64,000 bases of DNA from a virus (IMGVR_UViG_3300025887_000009); one strand, 5' to 3'; counted from the stretch's first letter, positions 54,487 to 62,784 are shown. Made by a program: numbers and translations. Notes: a model not told the origin generated them from the letters alone.

Positions 54487-55020
54487 CTAGAAAGTTGCAA
54501 AATATCTAGGTTGTCCGAATGTTATTTTCGGGTTGAAAGGAATATCGGACATAATAGAATGAGTCTTTTGAATTTCTATTCGTTCGACTAATTTAGGCCA
54601 GTCATCGGCAAAAAACTCAGTGCTGTACCCAAACCGGTTGTTGCCGCCGCCACTTCCTGTGCCAAGCCGGATGCGACTTCCTTGAAAAAGGTCCTTTGCA
54701 AAAACCGGAAGATTGTGAGTTATACAAAATTCAATTCTTGAACGCCATCCGGGATATCCCCTTGGTGCATCTTTTACTCTGCCGCCCCAGTTGGTCCGTT
54801 TGCCAAACGGGGCACTATGATTGTTCGAAACTACTTCGCTCCAGCGTCCTTCGAGGTAAGTGACTTCAATACGAAAGTCGTTGACTATTCTGTTATACAA
54901 ATATCGATAATTACTATTGTTTCCTAATGCGTTTAACAGGAACACATTGGAATTAATATTAACCCATTCGGCTATTTTTTCAAAGCTAGGTTGTTGCCAA
55001 AGTTCTGCAAATTTGTCCAT
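54487..55020 (-). CDS. hypothetical protein, paralog 1 of the 'SAPFGKRTNWGGRVKDAPRGYPGW' family
   Basis: Shares a conserved core and a 71-bp DNA-identical segment with the ORF at 55340. A sigma70-like promoter lies upstream on the minus strand. Confidence 0.5.
   Translation of the reverse strand: MDKFAELWQQPSFEKIAEWVNINSNVFLLNALGNNSNYRYLYNRIVNDFRIEVTYLEGRWSEVVSNNHSAPFGKRTNWGGRVKDAPRGYPGWRSRIEFCITHNLPVFAKDLFQGSRIRLGTGSGGGNNRFGYSTEFFADDWPKLVERIEIQKTHSIMSDIPFNPKITFGQPRYFATF
54744..54814. repeat. 71-bp perfect direct repeat, copy 1 (copy 2 at 55531-55601)
   Basis: Identical string gccatccgggatatccccttggtgcatcttttactctgccgccccagttggtccgtttgccaaacggggca inside both paralogs. Confidence 0.8.
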
Positions 55021-55052
55021 TGTACTAATTTCTATATTGTTGCAATTATCTT

Positions 55053-55081
55053 ATTGTAGCATGTCTGTTAACGTATGTCAA
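55053..55081 (-). promoter_or_regulatory. sigma70-type promoter on minus strand (TTGACA-N17-TACAAT)
   Basis: rc of 55076-55081 gives TTGACA. rc of 55053-55058 gives TACAAT. Upstream of the ORF at 54487..55020. Confidence 0.5.
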
Positions 55082-55339
55082 TAGAAATTATAAATATGCA
55101 TATGAAGTTTAAAGAATTTGCCATTGCCGAAGACCCTGTATCAAGTTCATGGATTGCTGATTTAACATTAGTCAATGGACCGAGCGGAGACATTACTATG
55201 GCGTTAGGAAACGGTCGCCGGTATCGTGTAAGAAGAGCCGGGGAACAAGTTTACCAGGCGTGGATGCAAGCGGGCAGTAAAGGTCAGTTCTGGCACAGTA
55301 ATGTTAAGAACCAATTTGTTACCGTCCGCTTGATGTAAG

Positions 55340-56053
55340 TTATTTCTGACTTAGAATGTCTAGTGTTCGTGATTTTGCAAGACCAGGCCAGTCATCTTCA
55401 AAGAGTTCCACCGTGTATTGAAATTTAAGGCCACCGCCCCCGCCACTTCCTATGTTGATTCCAGTGTTATTGAACATATTAGTAGTGAAGCTAGGCACTT
55501 CATGACTCATTGTAAAACTAATAGAACCTTGCCATCCGGGATATCCCCTTGGTGCATCTTTTACTCTGCCGCCCCAGTTGGTCCGTTTGCCAAACGGGGC
55601 AGAATGCGAGTTGCTTACATTATTGCTATAATTGAGTACAAGTCTAGTAACAGTGATGTTAAAATCACAAATAATACTCTCTAGATATTTTCGGTCGTCT
55701 GCAAAACTGTCTAGGATTATGTTATTGATAAAAAATTCTGGATTCATTTCGATCCATTGAATAATATTGTCAATACTAGTTTGGTTCCTTAGATTCTCTA
55801 ATTTTCGTTGCCAACGTTGCTTTGAATTATTTCTACGAATAGTAGTCGCGCGGTACTTTTGCAGATGCGTCACGTATGCACGTTTTGTACTGTAAATTTT
55901 ATTAGTAAACGGGCAACGATATGCCTTGCCGACTTTTGCTTCCTCAAATGGAATAACTAGTCCATTTGCTTTGTATACTTTAATTGCTGGCATTGTCTTC
56001 TCTCTGTGTATGTTTCTTTTGTTCACAATAGCAGGTGCAATATTAGATGTCAA
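55340..56053 (-). CDS. hypothetical protein, paralog 2 (with N-terminal extension)
   Basis: Same core 'NSHSAPFGKRTNWGGRVKDAPRGYPGW...GSGGGGG'. Extra ~90-aa basic N-terminus. Confidence 0.5.
   Translation of the reverse strand: MTSNIAPAIVNKRNIHREKTMPAIKVYKANGLVIPFEEAKVGKAYRCPFTNKIYSTKRAYVTHLQKYRATTIRRNNSKQRWQRKLENLRNQTSIDNIIQWIEMNPEFFINNIILDSFADDRKYLESIICDFNITVTRLVLNYSNNVSNSHSAPFGKRTNWGGRVKDAPRGYPGWQGSISFTMSHEVPSFTTNMFNNTGINIGSGGGGGLKFQYTVELFEDDWPGLAKSRTLDILSQK
55531..55601. repeat. 71-bp perfect direct repeat, copy 2
   Basis: See copy 1. Confidence 0.8.
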
Positions 56054-56058
56054 GAAAA

Positions 56059-56328
56059 TTATAGATTGTTTTTAAGTAAAAACAATGTGAGTTCTTTTTC
56101 CGAGCCCACAAACTTTGCATAACGTTCTTTATTTTTTTGGAAAACAGAAAATCTTTGAGTCCATAGCCAGTCTTCGAAATGCCTGCCTCTGATAGGACAT
56201 TGCCGGCTAACATGTTTGTATGTGTAACGTGCAGGGTACCTGTAATTAATATCAGAATGATTTACACGGACTAACCATTGTTGGTATAGAGAATCTAGTG
56301 CCTCTGGAGGTAATACGTATTCTTTCAT
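56059..56328 (-). CDS. hypothetical early protein
   Basis: Packed ORF. Confidence 0.4.
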   Translation of the reverse strand: MKEYVLPPEALDSLYQQWLVRVNHSDINYRYPARYTYKHVSRQCPIRGRHFEDWLWTQRFSVFQKNKERYAKFVGSEKELTLFLLKNNL

Positions 56329-56585
56329 TTTTTGTATTCTGGGTCAACATCAAGCAACTTGGTTTCACAAGTTGCAGTGAATTTGTTTGTAGGGAACATC
56401 AATAACACTGCGTTGTCTGGATCAACTCGATAATGATTTTCAATATCTTCAATCATTAATTTAGTAATTGTCTGACATTGATCAAGTGTCTGTCCTGCAA
56501 AGCCCATTGTTAATACAACCTTGCCTGCAAAATAAAGCGTTGCCCAATATGTCATAGATATTTCTTTAACTGCTTTGCATAACAA
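56325..56585 (-). CDS. hypothetical early protein
   Basis: Packed ORF with a 4-nt overlap. Confidence 0.4.
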   Translation of the reverse strand: MLCKAVKEISMTYWATLYFAGKVVLTMGFAGQTLDQCQTITKLMIEDIENHYRVDPDNAVLLMFPTNKFTATCETKLLDVDPEYKK

Positions 56586-56770
56586 GTATCATCAATCTTC
56601 TTGATGCTAAAGTTATTGTCTACTAATGTTTGTATTACGTCTCGCTTAAGAACATTAACTGTAAACACAGTAGGGGATCCTCCCCAAGGTTTTGTGCTAC
56701 GATCAGTAATGCGCATGTCGTCTACATAAATTGAACCATTCTTAAGCACTTCGAGTTTTACAGTTTTCAT
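56552..56770 (-). CDS. hypothetical early protein (first gene of the leftward block)
   Basis: RBS AAAGGAGACTGTAATG and a sigma70-like promoter upstream. Confidence 0.4.
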   Translation of the reverse strand: MKTVKLEVLKNGSIYVDDMRITDRSTKPWGGSPTVFTVNVLKRDVIQTLVDNNFSIKKIDDTCYAKQLKKYL

Positions 56771-56795
56771 TACAGTCTCCTTTGTGTAAATTTAA

Positions 56796-56824
56796 CGTAT
56801 ACTATTTTTTTTAATCGATGTCAA
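56796..56824 (-). promoter_or_regulatory. sigma70-like promoter on minus strand (TTGACA-N17-TATACG)
   Basis: Heads the leftward early block (ORF 56552..56770). Confidence 0.4.
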
Positions 56825-57052
56825 CCGATTACGCATACTTTACTACAACCTATTTGTGTGTTAAAACATTTTGGCCAACAGCTTCGGCCAAATCCTGTCC
56901 CACTGCGTGGTAGTGTATCGCCTGCGTTGTCCTAGACGAGAATTAAATTCAACAGTAGTGCCGTCGCTTGATACATGAAACATTCTATAATCCTATGTTG
57001 CTTTTATTTTATATAATTTACTGTAGCACAAATACGCAATAGATGTCAAGAA

Positions 57053-57080
57053 AAAAGAGCCCCTAAAGGCTCTTTTTGTT
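57053..57080 (-). terminator. bidirectional hairpin terminator ending the leftward SPFH operon
   Basis: AAAAAGAGCC-CCTAAA-GGCTCTTTTT, with A-run and T-run flanks. Confidence 0.65.
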
Positions 57081-57095
57081 TGCATGTGTTGTGAA

Positions 57096-58469
57096 TTATT
57101 TAAATCGCGGTGCTTCTTTTGCTGCGCGGTCTTCCAGGTTCTTCAGTGCGCCGAGCGTAGTAAACACATCAAGTGATGTTGGTGCTTCTGCGCCGCTACC
57201 GCCGCTGTAGAAGTCTGGCATGTCAATAGTAACATCTTTCAGCGCAGGGTACATAACCCGAGCAATGTCACGTTCGATTTCTGCCATATAGATATCCTTA
57301 GCTGATTGCTTTGCACTCAATTTAGCAAGTTCAACATCTGCTTCGGCTAGACCCTTTTCGCGGATTGCCATACCTTCAAACTTTGCAGCTTGTGCAGCAG
57401 CTTCTTGGATACCGCGGTTAGCTTCGGCAATAGCAAGTTCCTTTTCCTTTTGGATCACAGCAACATCTTTCTCTTTTTGTTGCTTTACAAGTTCTTGCAA
57501 GGCTTGCTGGCGCTCTACTTCAACACGTTGCTGACCTTGGATAGTTGCAAGTTCTTTTTCCTTCTGAGCATCTTGAATAGCTTTTTGCTTATCAATTTCG
57601 CGCTCTTGCTTTGCTGCTTCTGCCTTTACACGGTTTGTGTCGATTTCCTGTTGAGCAGTAATCTTTTCACCAACCGATTGACGCTTTCGGTCAAGCAATG
57701 TTTCAAGTTGAGAATCTGCTGTAGGTTTACCAATTGTTACCTGCGTAACTTGGATACCGTATTCTGCCATAGGATTCTCAAGTCGCCGAGGTTGTCCCGA
57801 AGTCTCGTCAATGACGATCACATTTTTCATCACAAGTCGAATTTCGTTTTCAACAAGATTAGCGTTTGAGTTTGTGCTTGATACATCAGCATATCCGCTT
57901 TCTGTAACTTCAACTTGCTGTCGCTTTGTTACATATAGACCATTTGAAAGTTGATCTTCCATTTGTGCTTTGTAAGCGTTAACTCCACCTTGGATGAATT
58001 CTTCACCTGTGTACTGAGTTGCTGTAACAACTGCAACGTTGCGAGAGTTGTTAACAAGCAAAGTATCTACCAAGTTGTCAAAGCTTCGGAAATCTTGGTG
58101 CAGCTTTCGGAAGTTCTCTTCATCTACAGGCAAACGATAACGGAACGTTGCAGGAACTGTGCCTGTGTAAGTATCCGCAAAGCCGACATTAATTGCACCA
58201 AGGTTTCGAGTAAAGTTACCGTCTTCCATGGTCATATCAATTGTTGCAACACGTTTGTATTCATAGATATTAGTAAACAATGGCATCTTCAAGTGCACAC
58301 CCGGTTCCGAGTAAACAGTAGTAGAGCCCGTGAGTTTGTTTTGCACATAGTACAAATACCCTTCACTGGTAGTAAACCAAGTCGAAAGTGCCACGAATAG
58401 AACTACTACAGATGCTACTGCGTATTTTGCAAATCGTTTTACCATATTCGTAAATTCTTTATCATTCAT
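57096..58469 (-). CDS. SPFH/band-7 (flotillin-like) membrane protein
   Basis: N-terminal TM 'YAVASVVVLFVALSTWF', an SPFH-type domain, then a long Q/E/K/A-rich coiled coil with EA-rich stretches. Terminator downstream. Confidence 0.75.
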   Translation of the reverse strand: MNDKEFTNMVKRFAKYAVASVVVLFVALSTWFTTSEGYLYYVQNKLTGSTTVYSEPGVHLKMPLFTNIYEYKRVATIDMTMEDGNFTRNLGAINVGFADTYTGTVPATFRYRLPVDEENFRKLHQDFRSFDNLVDTLLVNNSRNVAVVTATQYTGEEFIQGGVNAYKAQMEDQLSNGLYVTKRQQVEVTESGYADVSSTNSNANLVENEIRLVMKNVIVIDETSGQPRRLENPMAEYGIQVTQVTIGKPTADSQLETLLDRKRQSVGEKITAQQEIDTNRVKAEAAKQEREIDKQKAIQDAQKEKELATIQGQQRVEVERQQALQELVKQQKEKDVAVIQKEKELAIAEANRGIQEAAAQAAKFEGMAIREKGLAEADVELAKLSAKQSAKDIYMAEIERDIARVMYPALKDVTIDMPDFYSGGSGAEAPTSLDVFTTLGALKNLEDRAAKEAPRFK

Positions 58470-58481
58470 TTGTTTAGTTCC

Positions 58482-58742
58482 TTATTGAGTTTTCTGAAAA
58501 CATTCCATGCCCATGTACGGTGCATGATCTGCGTTACCGATTGCAACAGTACAGAATGTATTTTCATCATTTTCTGTCTGCCATTCGTACACACGAAAAT
58601 CAAATCCGTATGCTTCGACTTTGTAAGCTGAACTCTCTTTAGACGGCCACTTTGATGTAGCCAACTGATCGAACAATCCTGCTTGAGCAGATGCTACACT
58701 GAGTGCTAGTCCTGCCACAAGTCCAAATAGTACCTTTTGCAT
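58482..58742 (-). CDS. small secreted protein (signal peptide)
   Basis: 'MQKVLFGLVAGLALSVASAQA' signal peptide with an AxA site. Confidence 0.5.
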   Translation of the reverse strand: MQKVLFGLVAGLALSVASAQAGLFDQLATSKWPSKESSAYKVEAYGFDFRVYEWQTENDENTFCTVAIGNADHAPYMGMECFQKTQ

Positions 58743-58810
58743 TTTATCTCCATGCGTTGTTTTGTGTAAGTTAACACTAGCAGGTATAAGTTATAATGTC
58801 AACCTTTATT

Positions 58811-59083
58811 TTAAAGCAATTCACCTTCTTGGATTTCAATATGATAACTTCCTAGATCATATTCGATTTCTGCGCGGTCCTCATCGTCTATATCTGCAGA
58901 GTCAAGGTCGTCAGTGATTTTGAGATTGTATTCACTGTAGATGTTAGCTTTAACAGCATCCTGGGCCAGCTGCATTGCTTTCTCGTATGTAGTTGCAGCA
59001 ACCCATGGAGTATAAAACGTATTCCAATTCTCGCGATCGCCGCCTTCTTCGCGGTCATAGAATGCAATATAGATTTTAGTCAT
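58811..59083 (-). CDS. small acidic protein (90 aa)
   Basis: ORF in the same leftward operon. Confidence 0.4.
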   Translation of the reverse strand: MTKIYIAFYDREEGGDRENWNTFYTPWVAATTYEKAMQLAQDAVKANIYSEYNLKITDDLDSADIDDEDRAEIEYDLGSYHIEIQEGELL

Positions 59084-59096
59084 CTTGTAATCCTTT

Positions 59097-59272
59097 TAAG
59101 ATGTGCGCAAAGGCACGTTGGTTTGTGAATCAATGTAATCGCCTTTGTAGAAACGACGAGTGGTTGTAGTGCGAACTGTAGTACCATCAGGTTTTGATCG
59201 ATAGGTTATAAGTTCTTGCATGATGATGTCATCGCATGGATCTTCCATCATTGTTTTATATGGGTCAGACAT
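59097..59272 (-). CDS. small protein (58 aa; below ORF-track cut-off)
   Basis: ATG (rc) at 59272 with AAGGA 9 nt upstream. 'MSDPYKTMMEDPCDD...'. Confidence 0.3.
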
Positions 59273-59313
59273 TTTGTTTTTCCTTTTGTTTTGTGTACAT
59301 ATAGCTTTGTTGA

Positions 59314-59595
59314 TTACGCATATTGTAACCTCATTAATGTTTTTTCTACTTCGGTGTATGTGTCGACTAGTTCAAGCCACTCGTCAAATAAAAGTGGTTT
59401 GCCTTTATAAAACCAATGTCGGTCGCCATTTGTATATTCAGCTGCTGGGCCGTCAACACGATGCAGTCGGCCTTCGAACCACCAACTGTATTCGCCATTT
59501 GCATATTCAACTGCCGGTCCATCAGTTCTGTGCAGCAATCCGTCTTGATACCAATACCGGTCGCCGCTTGCAAGTGTAGCTACTCCATTACGCAT
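59314..59595 (-). CDS. MORN-variant repeat protein (2 repeats)
   Basis: Last gene of the array. 'MRNGVATLASGDRYWYQDGLLHRTDGPAVEYANG...TLMRLQYA'. Confidence 0.65.
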   Translation of the reverse strand: MRNGVATLASGDRYWYQDGLLHRTDGPAVEYANGEYSWWFEGRLHRVDGPAAEYTNGDRHWFYKGKPLLFDEWLELVDTYTEVEKTLMRLQYA

Positions 59596-60142
59596 ATTGT
59601 AACCTCATTAATGTTTTTTCTACTTCTGTGTAATTGGCGTGTTCGAGCCAATCAATGAAGTTGTACTCGACGCCTCTGAAGTACCAAAGCTTAGAACCAC
59701 TTACGCGGTCAACTGCCGGACCGTCGGTTCGGTGTAATTCTCCGTTTTGATACCAAGCCCGATCGCCATTTGCGTATTCAGTTGCTGGTCCAGCTGTTCT
59801 GTGTCGTTGATTGTTTTGATGCCACTCCTTGGTGCCACTTGCGTATTCAACTGCTGGTCCGTCAATTCGATGTAGTTCTCCGTTTTGATACCACATCTTA
59901 GTGCCATTTGCACGTTCAGCAGCTGGGCCATCAGTTCTGTGTCGTTGCCCGTTTTGATACCACTCCTTATCACCATCTGCAAATTCGATTGCTGGTCCGT
60001 CAATTCTATGTAGTAAGCCGTGTTGATACCACTCCTTGTTGCCATCTGGGTATTCAACTGCTGGCCCATCGTCGCGATGTAGTAGACCGTTTTGATACCA
60101 AAACCGGTCGCCGGATTTGTTTGTGATCATTCTATTACGCAT
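59588..60142 (-). CDS. MORN-variant repeat protein (6 repeats)
   Basis: 23-aa repeats. 8-nt ATGCGTAA overlaps on both sides. Confidence 0.65.
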   Translation of the reverse strand: MRNRMITNKSGDRFWYQNGLLHRDDGPAVEYPDGNKEWYQHGLLHRIDGPAIEFADGDKEWYQNGQRHRTDGPAAERANGTKMWYQNGELHRIDGPAVEYASGTKEWHQNNQRHRTAGPATEYANGDRAWYQNGELHRTDGPAVDRVSGSKLWYFRGVEYNFIDWLEHANYTEVEKTLMRLQYA

Positions 60143-60551
60143 ACTGCAACCTCAACATTGTTTTTTGTACTTCGTTGAAAGCGACCTCTTCAAGCCAGTC
60201 ATTAAAAAAAAGTGGTTCATTTTTAAGGAACCAACGCCGGTTGCCATTTGCGTATTCAATAGCTGGTCCGGTGGTTCTGTGTAGTAGATCATTTTGATAC
60301 CAATACCGGTCGCCCGCAGCGAATTCAACTGCTGGTCCATCTGTTCTGTGTCGCTGGCCGTGTTGATGCCACTCTTTGCCGCCACTTGCATATTCAGCTG
60401 CTGGACCATTAGTGCGGTGTAGTCGGCCTTTAAAATACCAATGCTTGTCGCCGTTGTGCCATTCAACTGCTGGTCCATCTGTTCTGTGTCGTCGGTCGTT
60501 TTGGTACCAAATCTTGGTGCCATTTTTGTCTACGATCAATCCATTACGCAT
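60135..60551 (-). CDS. MORN-variant repeat protein (4 repeats)
   Basis: Same repeat family and C-terminal 'TMLRLQYA'. Confidence 0.65.
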   Translation of the reverse strand: MRNGLIVDKNGTKIWYQNDRRHRTDGPAVEWHNGDKHWYFKGRLHRTNGPAAEYASGGKEWHQHGQRHRTDGPAVEFAAGDRYWYQNDLLHRTTGPAIEYANGNRRWFLKNEPLFFNDWLEEVAFNEVQKTMLRLQYA

Positions 60552-61098
60552 ACTGCAACCTCAACATTGTTTTTTGTACTTCTGTGTAATTGACGTGTTC
60601 AAGCCAGTCATTTAAAAAAAACGGTTCACTTTTAAGGAACCAACGCTGATTGCCATTTGCGTATTCAATAGCTGGTCCATCTGTTCGGTGTAGTTGATTG
60701 TTTTGATACCAATACCGGTCGCCGCTTGCGCGTTCAATCGCTGGGCCATCTGTTCTGTGTCGTCCGTTGTGTTGATACCAATACCGGCCGCCGCTTGCGC
60801 GTTCAATCGCTGGGCCATCTGTTCGATGTAGTCGGCCTTCGAAATACCACTCCTTGTCGCTGTTGTACCATTCAATCGCTGGGCCATCTGTTCGATGTAG
60901 TCGGCCTTCGAAATACCACTGCTTGGTGCCATCGTTCCGTTCAATCGCTGGTCCATTTGTTCTGTGTCGTTGCCCGTGTTGATACCACTCCTTGCGGCCA
61001 TTTGCATATTCGACTGCTGGTCCTTGGTCTCGATGTAGTAGATCATCTTGATACCACACCTTAGCACCTTGAATGTCTACGATCAATCCATTACGCAT
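60544..61098 (-). CDS. MORN-variant repeat protein (6 repeats)
   Basis: Same repeat family. Confidence 0.65.
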   Translation of the reverse strand: MRNGLIVDIQGAKVWYQDDLLHRDQGPAVEYANGRKEWYQHGQRHRTNGPAIERNDGTKQWYFEGRLHRTDGPAIEWYNSDKEWYFEGRLHRTDGPAIERASGGRYWYQHNGRHRTDGPAIERASGDRYWYQNNQLHRTDGPAIEYANGNQRWFLKSEPFFLNDWLEHVNYTEVQKTMLRLQYA

Positions 61099-61645
61099 AC
61101 TGCAACCTCATCATTGTTTTTTCTACTTCGGTGATGTTAACAAGTTCAATCCAGTCGCCAAAGGAACACCTAACGCCTTCGAAGTACCACTTTTTGGTCC
61201 CACTTGAGCGCTCAATAGCTGGGCCATCTGTTCGGTGTAGTTCTCCGTCTTGATACCACACCTTTTTGCCAGTTGCATATTCAATCGCTGGGCCATCAAT
61301 TCGATGTAGTCGGTTGTGTTGATACCACTCCTTGGTGCCACTTGAGCGCTCGATTGCCGGGCCATCTGTTCGATGTAGTTCTCCGTCTTGATACCACACC
61401 TTTTTGCCAGTTGCATATTCAACTGCTGGTCCGTCAATTCGATGTAGTTCTCCGTGTTGATACCACTCCTTGGTGCCATCTGCGAATTCAACTGCTGGTC
61501 CGTCAATTCGATGTAGTTCTCCGTTTTGATACCACTCCTTGTGGACATCTGCATATTCAACAGCTGGACCATCCGTTCGATGTAGTTGGCCGTTTTGATA
61601 CCAAGTCTTGGTTCCATCTCCTTCTATGATCAATCCATTACGCAT
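61091..61645 (-). CDS. MORN-variant repeat protein (6 repeats)
   Basis: Same repeat family. Confidence 0.65.
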   Translation of the reverse strand: MRNGLIIEGDGTKTWYQNGQLHRTDGPAVEYADVHKEWYQNGELHRIDGPAVEFADGTKEWYQHGELHRIDGPAVEYATGKKVWYQDGELHRTDGPAIERSSGTKEWYQHNRLHRIDGPAIEYATGKKVWYQDGELHRTDGPAIERSSGTKKWYFEGVRCSFGDWIELVNITEVEKTMMRLQYA

Positions 61646-61985
61646 ATTGTAACCTCATTAACGTTTTTTGTGCTTCGGTATAATCGGTGTGTTCAAGCCA
61701 TTGGTCGAAGCTGTATATATCGCCTTTGATGAACCACAACTTGGTGCTGCTTGAATGTTCAACTGCTGGACCATCTATTCTGTGTCGTTGCCCGTGTTGA
61801 TACCACTCCTTGGTGCCATCGCTCCATTCAGCTGCTGGTCCATCTTCGCGATGTAGTAGATTGTTTTGATACCACATCTTGCGGCCATTTGGATATTCAA
61901 CTGCTGGCCCGTCAACACGATGTAGTTCTCCGTTTTGATACCAAGACTTAGTGCCATTTTCGGTTATGGTCAATCCATTACGCAT
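61638..61985 (-). CDS. MORN-variant repeat protein (3 repeats)
   Basis: Same repeat family. The first ~60 nt are identical to the next gene. Confidence 0.65.
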   Translation of the reverse strand: MRNGLTITENGTKSWYQNGELHRVDGPAVEYPNGRKMWYQNNLLHREDGPAAEWSDGTKEWYQHGQRHRIDGPAVEHSSSTKLWFIKGDIYSFDQWLEHTDYTEAQKTLMRLQYA

Positions 61986-62325
61986 ATTGTAACCTCATTA
62001 ACGTTTTTTGTGCTTCGGTATAATCGGTGTGTTCAAGCCATTTGTCGAAGCTGTACCTGATGCCTTTGATGTACCAATACCGTTCGCCATCTGTATATTC
62101 AACTGCTGGGCCATCTGTTCGATGTAGCTGATTGTTTTGATACCAAAAATGATTGCCATTTGGATATTCAATAGCTGGTCCGTCAATTCGATGTAGTTCT
62201 CCGTTTTGATACCACTCCTTATCGCCATCTGCAAATTCGATTGCTGGTCCATCGGTTTGATGCAGTAGATTGTTTTGATACCAAGACTTAGTGCCATTTT
62301 CGGTTATGATCAATCCATTACGCAT
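61978..62325 (-). CDS. MORN-variant repeat protein (3 repeats), first of array
   Basis: RBS AGGAAGAAATATG on the minus strand. Same repeat family. Confidence 0.65.
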   Translation of the reverse strand: MRNGLIITENGTKSWYQNNLLHQTDGPAIEFADGDKEWYQNGELHRIDGPAIEYPNGNHFWYQNNQLHRTDGPAVEYTDGERYWYIKGIRYSFDKWLEHTDYTEAQKTLMRLQYA

Positions 62326-62352
62326 ATTTCTTCCTGATATTCCCGGGTTTGC

Positions 62353-62724
62353 TTATAGCAATATTTCTGGCCAAATTGTTACAGAAGCAACCACTAGTAC
62401 AAGTGCTACAAGCACAAGCGCTACAACACTGGATGTATTGGATTGTGTAATGGTTACTAACTTAGTTGGATCTGGTTCAGCTTTTGAACGCTTGCCACGA
62501 TACGCAACTGATATAGTACGATGATATGTATTGACTGTAACGTTCTTTACTGAACAGTTATTCCCACTAAACACTCGATCGATATATTCCCCCGCTGGTT
62601 CGTATACAGTTTTGTGAACAGGGTTCCACGAATGTCGATTGTCAGAAACAACAACCCACCCAGCATCATCCTCGTCATAATAAATCGGGATCACCGCTAC
62701 CTTATCTCTCACAGTAATATCCAT
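62353..62724 (-). CDS. tail-anchored membrane protein (123 aa)
   Basis: Start at internal Met 'MDITVRDK' with AAAGGA 8 nt upstream. C-terminal TM 'VVALVLVALVLVVASVTIW'. A sigma70-like promoter lies upstream on the minus strand. Confidence 0.5.
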   Translation of the reverse strand: MDITVRDKVAVIPIYYDEDDAGWVVVSDNRHSWNPVHKTVYEPAGEYIDRVFSGNNCSVKNVTVNTYHRTISVAYRGKRSKAEPDPTKLVTITQSNTSSVVALVLVALVLVVASVTIWPEILL

Positions 62725-62755
62725 AGTAGTTCCTTTATACTCTAATTGCTGTACG

Positions 62756-62784
62756 ACTATAACACGGAAAGCGCAACCTGTCAA
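62756..62784 (-). promoter_or_regulatory. sigma70-type promoter on minus strand (TTGACA-N17-TATAGT)
   Basis: rc of 62779-62784 gives TTGACA. rc of 62756-62761 gives TATAGT. Drives the membrane protein and MORN array operon. Confidence 0.5.

Larger units (their letters stand above)
59314..62325 (-). repeat. tandem array of 7 paralogous MORN-repeat genes with 8-nt ATGCGTAA overlaps
   Basis: Gene lengths differ by multiples of 69 bp. Junction regions of 40-70 bp are DNA-identical between units. Confidence 0.8.

Noticed and set aside
55075-55338. Plus-strand 87-aa ORF between the two leftward paralogs
   Set aside because: Its start overlaps the -35 of a strong minus-strand promoter and it has no RBS. 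I kept it only as a possibility in the findings, not as a feature.
56830-57000. Possible degenerate MORN gene remnant (rc '...agtATGCGTAAtcgg', 40-aa ORF with 'DGTTVEF')
   Set aside because: The similarity is limited to the junction-like ATGCGTAA string and a short peptide. It is too weak to call a pseudogene.
59367-61957. ORFs in alternative frames and on the opposite strand across the MORN array (for example 59701..60069-, 60152..60523-, 60612..61067-, 61123..61617-, 59908..60126+, 60726..61064+, 61273..61629+)
   Set aside because: They are by-products of the 69-bp periodic repeat. The frame carrying the MORN consensus and the conserved MRNG...LQYA termini is clearly the coding one.
59314-62325. 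Periodic repeats that could be mistaken for a CRISPR array or satellite
   Set aside because: Units are 69-bp coding repeats inside intact ORFs with protein-level conservation. There is no repeat-spacer architecture.
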